DNA of 44,965 nucleotides, taken from contig NIVC01004463.1 of the NCBI GenBank assembly GCA_002269645.1, positions 1-44,965 of the forward strand. The letters run 5' to 3'. Position numbers and translations under genes: made by a program. Positions within the stretch are counted from its first letter, which is position 1, and every line of letters starts with the position of its first letter. The notes beneath the pieces were generated by a model. It saw only the letters and a program-made list of their open reading frames with translations, made no database searches and was not told the DNA's origin. The DNA comes from Macrostomum lignano (Eukaryota). Positions 1 through 10,817 of the stretch are shown one piece after another.

Positions 1-1005
1 TAGATACTCTCCCAGACACTCCTATAGATACTCTCCCAGACACTCCTATAGAAACTCTCCCCGACACTCCTATAGATACTCTCCCAGACACTCCTATAGA
101 TACTCTCCCCGACACTCCTATAGATACTCTCCCAGACACTCCTATAGATACTCTTCCAGACACTCCTATAGATACTCTCCCAGACACTCCTATAGATACT
201 CTCCCAGACACTCCTATAGAAACTCTCCCGACACTCCTATAGATACTCTCCCCGACACTCCTATAGATACTCTCCCAGACACTCCTATAGATACTCTTCC
301 AGACACTCCTATAGATACTCTCCCAGACACTCCTATAGATACTCTTCCAGACACTCCTATAGATACTCTCCAGACATTCCTATAGATACTCTCCAAGACA
401 CTCCTATAGATACTTTCCCAGACACTCCTATAGATACTCTCCCAGACACTTCTATAGATACTCTCCAGACACTCCTATAGATACTCTTCCAGACACTCCT
501 ATAGATACTCTCCCAGACACTCCTATAGATACTCTTCCAGACACTCCTATAGATACTCTTCCAGACACTCCTATGGATACTCTTCCAGACACTCCTATAG
601 ATACTCTTTCAGACACTCCCATAGACACTGCCGAACACTCTCCCAGACATTCCCATAGACTTTCCCAGACAGTCCCATAGACTTTCCCAGACACTCCCAT
701 AGACTTTCCCAGACAGTCCCATAGACTTTCCCAGACAGTCCCATAGACTTTCCCAGACAGTCCCATAGACTTTCCCAGACACTCCCATAGACTTTCCCAG
801 ACACTCCCATAGATTTTCCCAGACACTCCCATAGACTTTCCCAGACACTTCCATAGACTTTCCCAGACAGTCCCATAGACTTTCCCAGACAGTCCCATAG
901 ACTTTCCCAGACAGTCCCATAGACTTTCCCAGACAGTCCCATAGACTTTCCCAGACAGTCCCATAGACCTTCCCAGACACTCCCATAGACTTTCCCAGAC
1001 ACCGA
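1..1005. repeat. Tandem array: 24-bp unit (TAGATACTCTCCCAGACACTCCTA) to ~610, then a related 22-bp unit (CCCAGACAGTCCCATAGACTTT)
   Basis: Direct reading; ORF periodicities of 8 aa and 22 aa match the unit lengths. Confidence 0.95.
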
Positions 1006-1559
1006 CACTTGCATTGTCCCGCTCTCAGACACCATTACGCATTTGAAGTTGGGTATACGCAAACGGAGTTTATCACACAATCCTAAACTTGCCCTTACAA
1101 CTGGATCCTTGAATATTGAAACAATAGTTAAAGAGCGAATTAATATTACCTATACATTATTTTAAATATTAGTTAACTTATAAGTGTAATTTAGTGGTTT
1201 AGAAATCTATAAAAATCGATTAATAACGTAATAAGAGACCCGACATTAAAGAACGGTTTGTTTGGTTTAAAAGGGATTTTTTTATTGGCAACGTACCGAA
1301 GCGAAAGAATCCTGCGAGGAAGGATAAAATAGGCAATCTTATTCACTTTGCGAGACGATTTTAAATGAAAATTAGTCTAGAAGAGAATTATCAATACGGA
1401 AACTTTGTCCATTTTTCAACTACCAGCGAATTGCAGGCTCTATTGAATTGGTTCCCCATTCGTTTCTCGCTACTATTTAGTAGCTAAGATGCGATAGCTT
1501 TTATATCCAGTAACTAATTTAGTTAGCAATCGAATTACAAACCGCATCACGTGACCCAG

Positions 1560-4500
1560 CTACTCACTCGGCGATTGCGCAATCGGTCCATTCGGTGACG
1601 TCAGACCCGAGCTGCCTCCGGCGCTAGACTTGCCGGAGTGCACAATTTGATGAGGCGTCGGCGGCTGCTGCTGAGCATCTCGCAGAGGCGATGTCGGCCT
1701 GGAGCTGCTCTGGATAAACGGCGCAGAGGTCAGTCTGGCGCCGCCGCCTCCGCCAGCTGACGATTTCTTCGCCGATTTGCCGCCGCCGCCAACGCCGCCT
1801 CCGCTGCCGCCGCCGTTGACAGTCGGGGAGCGGAGCGCCTCAGAAGAGAACCGCCTGGCGCCCGATCGCTTCAGCGAGTCTTCGTCGGCGTCCTTGGGCT
1901 CCAGCTCGTTGCTCATTCGATAGAATATGTTATCCAATAGGCGCTGGTTCTGGTTAGTGTCGTCAACCTCTTCCAGTTCCAGGTCGCGCATCGGGTTGAT
2001 GTCGCGGACGAATTCTTGGATTGATGGCTCTTCGCGCAGCTGATAGCGAGTGTCCTTGGCTTTGAGCAGCTCGTCTATGCGCTCTGCGACCTGCGGGTGA
2101 CGTCATCGAAACAGGCAGTGCTGTTAGTGAGACTAAAACGGACTGACTAAAAGAAAGTTTGGGGCTTTATACGCAGCGGGACAGTCCTTATTCATAGTAA
2201 CTGGGTCTTTATCCATAGTCAGGGGTCTTTATCCATAGCCATGAGTTTCAATCCATAGCCATGAGTTTCAATCCATAGCCATGATTCTTTATCCGCAGCC
2301 ATTGGTCTTTATCCATAGTAACTGGGTCTTTACCCGAAGTGGGGGGGCAATCCTTATCCAGAGTGGGGGAGACATTCCTTATCCAGAGTGGGGGAGACAG
2401 TCCTTATCCAGAGTGGGGGAGACAGTCCTTATCCAGAGTGGGGGAGACAGTCCTTATCCAGAGTGGGGGCAGACAATCCTTATCCAGAGTGGGGGAGACA
2501 GTCCTTATCCAGAGTGGGGGAGACAGTCCTTATCCAGAGTGGGGGAGACAATCCTTATCCAGAGTGGGGGAGACAGTCCTTATCCAGAGTGGGGGAGACA
2601 ATCCTTATCCAGAGTGGGGGAGACATTCCTTATCCAGAGTGGGGGAGACAGTCCTTATCCAGAGTGGGGGAGACAATCCTTATCCAGAGTGGGGGAGACA
2701 GTCCTTATCCAGAGTGGGGGCAGACAATCCTTATCCAGAGTGGGGGCAGACAATCCTTATCCAGAGTGGGGGCAGACAATCCTTATCCAGAGTGGAGGAG
2801 ACAGTCCTTATCCAGAGTGGGGCAGACATTCCTTATCCAGAGTGGGGGGGCAGACAATCCTTATCCAGAGTGGGGGAGACAATCCTTATCCAGAGTGGGG
2901 GCAGACAGTCCTTATCCAGAGTGGGGGCAGACAATCCTTATCCAGAGTGGGGGAGACAATCCTTATCCAGAGTGGGGGCAGAAAATCCTTATCCAGAGTG
3001 GAGGAGACATTTCTTATCCAGAGTGGGGGAGACAGTCCTTATCCAGGGTGGGGGAGACAGTCCTTATCCAGAGTGGGGCAGACATTCCTTATCCAGAGTG
3101 GGGGGGGGCAGACAATCCTTATCCAGAGTGGGGGAGACAATCCTTATCCAGAGTGGGGGCAGACATTCCTTATCCAGAGTGGGGGCAGACAATCCTTATC
3201 CAGAGTGGGGGAGACAGTCCTTATCCAGAGTGGGGGAGACAGTCCTTATCCAGAGTGGGGGAGACAATCCTTATCCAGAGTGGGGGAGACAGTCTTATCC
3301 AGAGTGGGGGCAGACATTCCTTATCCAGAGTGGGGCAGACAATCCTTATCCAGAGTGGGGGAGACAGTCCTTATCCAGAGTGGGGGAGACAGTCCTTATC
3401 CAGAGTGGGGGCAGACATTCCTTATCCAGAGTGGGGGAGACAGTCCTTATCCAGAGTGGGGGAGACAATCCTTATCCAGAGTGGGGGAGACAATCCTTAT
3501 CCAGAGTGGGGGCAGACATTCCTTATCCAGAGTGGGGGAGACAATCCTTATCCAGAGTGGGGGAGACATTCCTTATCCAGAGTGGGGGAGACAGTCCTTA
3601 TCCAGAGTGGGGGAGACAATCCTTATCCAGAGTGGGGAGACAGTCTTTATCCAGAGTGGGGGCAGACATTCCTTATCCAGAGTGGGGGCAGACAATCCTT
3701 ATCCAGAGTGGGGGAGACAGTCCTTATCCAGAGTGGGGGAGACAGTCCTTATCCAGAGTGGGGGAGACAATCCTTATCCAGAGTGGGGGAGACAGTCCTT
3801 ATCCAGAGTGGGGCAGACAATCCTTATCCAGAGTGGGGGAGACAATCCTTATCCAGAGTGGGGGCAGACATTCCTTATCCAGAGTGGGGGAGACAGTCCT
3901 TATCCAGAGTGGGGGAGACAATCCTTATCCAGAGTGGGGGAGACATTCCTTATTCAGAGTGGGGGAGACAGTCCTTATCCAGAGTGGGGGAGACAGTCCT
4001 TATCCAGAGTGGGGGAGACAGTCCTTATCCAGAGTGGGGGAGACAGTCCTTATCCAGAGTGGGGGAGACAGTCCTTATCCAGAGTGGGGGAGACAGTCCT
4101 TATCCAGAGTGGGGGAGACAGTCCTTATCCAGAGTGGGGGAGACAGTCCTTATCCAGAGTGGGGGAGACAGTCCTTATCCAGAGTGGGGGAGACAGTCCT
4201 TATCCAGAGTGGGGGAGACAGTCCTTATCCAGAGTGGGGGAGACAGTCCTTATCCAGAGTGGGGGAGACAGTCCTTATCCAGAGTGGGGGAGACAGTCCT
4301 TATCCAGAGTGGGGGCAGACAATCCTTATCCAGAGTGGGGGAGACAGTCCTTATCCAGAGTGGGGGAGACAGTCCTTATCCAGAGTGGGGAGACAATCCT
4401 TATCCAGAGTGGGGAGACAGTCCTTATCCAGAGTGGGGGAGACAATCCTTATCCAGAGTGGGGGAGACATCCTTATCCAGAGTGGGGGAGACAGTCCTTA

Positions 4501-7500
4501 TCCAGAGTGGGGGAGACAATCCTTATCCAGAGTGGGGGAGACAGTCCTTATCCAGAGTGGGGGCAGACATTCCTTATCCAGAGTGGGGGTAGACAATCCT
4601 TATCCAGAGTGGGGGAGACAGTCCTTATCCAGAGTGGGGGAGACAGTCCTTATCCAGAGTGGGGGAGACAATCCTTATCCAGAGTGGGGGAGACAGTCCT
4701 TATCCAGAGTGGGGGAGACAATCCTTATCCAGAGTGGGGGAGACATTCCTTATCCAGAGTGGGGGAGACAGTCCTTATCCAGAGTGGGGGAGACAGTCCT
4801 TATCCAGAGTGGGGGAGACAGTCCTTATCCAGAGTGGGGGAGACAGTCCTTATCCAGAGTGGGGGAGACAGTCCTTATCCAGAGTGGGGGAGACAGTCCT
4901 TATCCAGAGTGGGGGAGACAGTCCTTATCCAGAGTGGGGGAGACAGTGTAAGCGAACCTGTCGGTAGCAGAAGAACGGAATCATAACGGTGGCATCGGCC
5001 TCGGCTGTGGTTAACGCGGTCGTCCTGCCGGCAGTAAGTTGCTGCTGCTGTTGCTGCTGGTCGCCTTTGACCCTGTTGATTTCCAATAGCCGGAAGATGA
5101 GGCTGAGATGGTAGCGCAGGTTTGGCACGCAGGCCGTGTCCAGTGTGCGCAATAACTCATCGTACTGCCGCATTGTGTTGCCATTGCTGACTAGCTCTTG
5201 CACCTGTTCGAGGAACTTATTATCTTTGCCGTTCTTAATTAGCTTCCAGGTGTGCTGCAGCCGGATGTACTGGATTGAGGAGTTCACGAACACGCTGTCC
5301 AGTGCGGCCAGGCCAAGGAAGTTGTTTAACGAACGGAAGTACTTCATGATCTGGGCCGAGTTTGGGTGAGAATGGGGATTGGTTGAAGTCTTTAGAGATA
5401 CTTAACAGCTTATTAACTGTAATTTATTAACAATGTTACTACGAGTATAACTAGAAATACCAGCATAGAAATGACCTGCAAACATACCCACTTAAAATCC
5501 CCAATAATGCAGCACAGACTTTACCTACCAACACCTGCAAACACATGCTAACACCTATAGACACAGACCAACACCTACAGAGACATACCAACACCTACAG
5601 ACACATAGCAACACCTGCAGACACGTACCAACACCTAGAGACACATACCTACACTTACAGACACATAGCAACACCTACAGACACCTACAGACACATAGCA
5701 ACACCTACAGACACATACCAACACCTACAGACACATACCAACACCTACAGACACATACCAACACATACAGACACATAGCAACACCTACAGACACAATGCA
5801 ACACCCAGACACATAGCAACACCTACAGACACATAGCAACACATACAGATACATAGCAACACCTGCAAACACATACCTACACTTACAGACACATAGCAAC
5901 ACCTACAGACACATACCAACACCGGCAGACACATACCAACACCTACAGGCACGTACCTACACCTACAGACACATAGCAACACCTACAGACACCTACAGAC
6001 ACATACCAACACCTACAGACACATAGCAACACATACAGACACATAGCAACACCTGCAAACACATACCTACACTTACAGACACATAGCAACACCTACAGAC
6101 ACATAGCAACACCTGCAGACACGTACCAACACCTACAGGCACATACCTACACCTACAGACACATAGCAACACTTACAGACACCTACAGACACATACCAAC
6201 ACCCACAGACACATAGCAACACCTACAGACACATAGCAACACATACAGACACATAGCAACACCTACAGACACCTACAGACACATACCAACACCCAGACAC
6301 ATAGCAACACCCAGACACATAGCAACACCCAGACACATAGCAACACCTACAGACACAATTGAATACCTCGTATATCCTCAGCAACACGCAGCGCCTCTCC
6401 TCCAGATGATTGGTTTTCAGCACATTGAGGCAGCACCACCAAGTCAGCCTGTTAGTGTAGCGAATCAAGTTGTGCACATTTGGCGCTCTCAGCTGCTTTT
6501 CTTTAGTCTTCATCCAGTCCCAGTGACCAGCTCCCAGGGCTCGATACGCATGTACAACGAGAACATGTACAGGGTGATTTGCCGTGCCAATTCCAGAGGA
6601 TGCAAAGTCATAATGTTGAATTCGCGCTTGTCTCTGGCCGTGTGCCAAAGCACCTCTGGATAGTCTTCGATGGACTGGACCAGCTCGCGCCTGCCCTCGC
6701 CTCGGCTCCTGCGGTCCAGCTGCTTCAACAGGTTGGGCACCTTGAGTGATTGTTTCAATGAGAGCCGGTGTTACTTTTTCATAAATGGACAATTATAAAA
6801 TGATCGGCAGTCTTTTCCTCTTACCTGGAACTTCTTAATATCGTAGAGCTTGTCAACGGACGGGCCGTTGAGAAAGTCGCGCAGGCCATTGACTAATTCT
6901 GGGCATTTGCCGAAATCGTGAAAATAGTTCTCAATCCAGGTGGTCATGACTTTGAGCACGCGTAGCCTAACCTTGCGGCAGTACTTGTCCTGGCAGTGCG
7001 AAATGGGGTGGCGTGAGTTAACGTAAGTGGCTTTTAATGAGTGCTGCGAATGAATATTGTTTGTAAGACCAATCCATTAATCTATTTATGTATCTATCTA
7101 TCAATGAATTAATCAATCAACTAAACAACCAACTAACCAATCAACCAATCAATCAATAAACTAATTAATTAACCAATTGATCAATCAAAAAACAACCAAT
7201 CAATCAATCAATCAATCAACCAATCAATCAATCAGTCAATTAATCAATTAATTAACCAATCAACCAACCAACCAATCAATCAACCAATCGATCAATCAAT
7301 CAATCAGTCAATTAATCAACTAATTAACCAATCAACCAATCAATCAATCAATCAACCAACCAATCAATAAACTAATTAATTAACCAACAAATCAATCAAT
7401 ATATATCTGTCGCATATTGAACAGACACACCTCGAATTCCCGTTTCCTCAGCTGAGCCTGGGCCACAGACATCATGGAGTCATCAGTTTGAAAATCCACA

Positions 7501-10500
7501 TAGGTGTACTCGGGAAAATTAAAGCGACTAATTAGCTTAGTTAGCAGGTGCAGCGGAGTGCAGAAAGATCTGAAAGTCATTAGAAAGACTTTCATCAGCC
7601 GGCTGTCAATGTTGCCGCTGTAGTGAGTCATCCGCTCGATCAGCTTGTTCAGGGTTGCCCGGCGAATCACGTGCGACTCGCTTGAGCTGCTCTCGCTGTT
7701 CTCTTCCAGTTCGATCACCTGATCCGAGTCGGGCTGCCAATACCTGATTGAGGTTTGGGAATTGCACTCGAACCTTTGTTTGCTAACCAATGATTTTAGA
7801 GAGAACTGTTGTGTGTCACATGGTCAGAGATATGCTCTCTATGGTGTGATGATCTAATCACCATGCAGAAGTATGACATGTCCCAGAGATGTTACATGAT
7901 GCCAGAGATGCTATACGAACCTATAGATTTTACATGATCTTGGAGACATGATCCCAGAAATGTTACATGATCCTAGAGATATTACATGATCCTAGAGATG
8001 CTACATGATCTCGAAGATATTACATGAGCCCAGAGATGTTACATGAACCGAGAGATGTTACATGATCCCAGAGATGCTACATGATCTTCGAGACGCTAAA
8101 AGAACCCAGAGAATATCCATTATAGCACAGAGAACCGATGGATGTGTATGGTGCTGACTAAAAAGATAGAATACAGCTCTTACTCGTAGCCTCGATGATC
8201 CTGGGGAAAGTGGATCGCTTCCGCCGTATCCGTGAGTCCTTTCAGCGATAGATACTCTTCAAACATGCTGCAAAAAATTAGAAATAGTTTCGCTTGTAAA
8301 TATAAAATAACAACGCTTGGAAGCTACTTTAACTACTATTAGTAAAAAAGATAGGACTTTTGTCGGAAAATCAGTAGAAAACACAACAGCAGAAATAGAG
8401 CTCACTGATAAGATTGCAGATAAATTAAAATTAGCATCCATTCTTCCTTATCCAGCAGACTTTTAGTAGCGAAAGTGATTCGCTGTTTGATTGGCGCGGT
8501 GCCAACAGTGGCGCCGCCCTCTACAGTGTCCGGCGAGGGCAGGTACTCGATAGAGAAGGTGTACATCTCTGAAAGGATAAAGGTGAACAAAACTGTTTCT
8601 AACGAAATGCGTTTTACTTAAAATGCTGATCAACAGACGGCTGTGATTAAAAGATTAGCATTATTGAATTAACATGAGAGCAGTTCTCTGACAGGGCGGG
8701 CTATGCTCACAGGTAGGGAGAGATTTCTCAGATCAGAAGGGCGATTTCTCACAGATTAAATGCGACTTCTCACAGATGAGAAGGGCGATTTCTCACCGAT
8801 AAGAAAGGCGATTTCTCACAATTTAGAAGGGCGACTTGTCACAGATTAGAAGGGCGATTTCTCACAGATTAGAAGAGCGACTTCTCACAGAGTGAAAGGG
8901 CGATTTCTCACAGATTAGAAGGGCGACTTCTCACAGAGTGAAAGGGCGATTTCTCACAGATTAGAAGGGCGACTTCTCACAGAGTGAAAGGGCGATTTCT
9001 CACAGATTAGAACTTAGAAGGGCGACTTCTCACAGAGTAGAAGGGTGATTTCTCACGGATTGGAAGGGTGATTTCTCACGAATAAAGAAGGCACTTTCTC
9101 AGGTAATAAGCAGTCTTTCTCACTGATTCAGAAGGCGATTTCTCGTGGATTAGAAAGGGTCGTTTTTCGTGAATTAGAAAGGCGATTTCTCAGCAAACAA
9201 AAAGGCTATTTCTAACGGAGTATAATGGCATTCCAACGGACTGGAAAGGCTGATTTTCAACAGATTGGGCGAGCCAATCTAGCTGATGACGGTCTCAATA
9301 CGGATAATGGATTTTGCTCATACAGTAAGCTCTACAATGCCATACGCAGTATTGAATATTCCAACCGAAGGAAGCAACAAGTAGGCGCTAGCGCCAGAAA
9401 ATATTTTCCAGTCTTTTAGTAGCTAACTATTTTAGAAGCCATTAGAAGACAAAAATATTCACCCGGATGGACAGCAGAGCGCGGAGGCCTGGATGCCAAC
9501 CCCCTCCCCCTCCGGAGCCATCTGGCCAGATAATTCCACTATCTATTTTTTAGTTAAACACAAGTCGCTTCATTAGCAAACAGCCTGGCACACATCTGAG
9601 AGGACAGTAAAATACGAGAGAGAGAGAGAGAGAGAAAGCGGATAGCTTGGACCAAATGGCGGCAGGGGAATTAATTATATCAGGTGAAAAAAATATCTTT
9701 GTATATGAATTAACAGAGAAGACGAAATGAGAGGAGGGATTAAATAAGTTGGGAGAAAAGGAGAGGAGAGGAGAAAGGAGATAAGAGATAGGAGAGAAAA
9801 GAGAGGAGATTAGAGAGAAGACAGCTGAGAAGAGACACAAACTTTGAGCGGGTCGGACAGAGGTCGGATGCATGTGGCCCGCGGGCTGGATTTTGCCGAC
9901 CCCTGAACTTAACAGAAGGGATGGCGCGGCCAAGACATGACTGGATGCTTGGGAAGGTAAGGCGAGGCCTATAAATAGATCCAGGCCCTGGCTGTTGACC
10001 ACGTCAATTCGGACCTGGGACGGCTGGAGAGGGGAGGGGAGCGGCGGGGAGGTGAAGAGACAGAGTGCGTAGAGATCTCTCTCTCTCTCCTCTACAGAAG
10101 AAATCGTAACGCGTCACAGAACTGGGGGGGGGGGTTAACGGACTGACTGACTCAGGCGCAGATACTGTATATTAGTAGACAGACTGACAGACAGAGATTG
10201 GCCCCAAATCCAGGGCCCGTTGCCAACCCTAGATTCGCCCCCGCAATAGCAGCGGAGAGAGCGAGAGAGACAGAGAGGCTTAAAATCGCGTCAAGTCAAA
10301 GGAAGTGTTTTATTTTTTCCATATATTATTGTATTCCATATCTGTATTATAACTATCCGACTGATTCGCACGGCTTAACTGCGTGATGCATTAATAATAA
10401 TCATATTCTTCATGTGCTGAAGAAATTTATTGAGTTTGCTTCAAATGTGCGATAATGTTTGATAAATGTGTGATTCATGTTTACGATTAATGTTAGTAAC

Positions 10501-10613
10501 TTTCGGGTGTCTGTCTGTCTTAGTGTTTCTGTCTGTCTGTCTGTCTGTCTTAGTGTCTGTCTTAGTGTTTCTGTCTGTCTGTCTGTCTTGGTGTCTGTCT
10601 GTCTGTCTGACTG

Positions 10614-10646
<33 letters not shown>

Positions 10647-10649
10647 TAG

Positions 10650-10694
<45 letters not shown>

Positions 10695-10745
10695 TAGTGT
10701 CTGTCTGTCTGTCTGTCTGTTTGTTTGACTGTCTGTCTGTCTGAC

Positions 10746-10817
<72 letters not shown>

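Noticed and set aside
2281-4986. Three 700-900 aa ORFs over the 25-bp array, and similar repetitive ORFs at 214-1080, 10441-10839, 11363-12208, 23564-24425, 26760-28032, 30800-31808, 34209-35604, 40210-40645 and 42761-44026
   Set aside because: These are stop-free translations of tandem units, open in several frames or on both strands, and most lie inside phase-defined introns of real genes.
6510-6530. Programmed ribosomal frameshifting as the explanation for the SOS frameshift
   Set aside because: There is no canonical slippery heptamer and I know of no SOS precedent; an indel error or mutation is simpler.
9463-9521. Short ATG-initiated segment [19 protein letters not shown] as an alternative first SOS exon
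   Set aside because: Its donor is phase 2, whereas the next exon (8568) requires phase 1.
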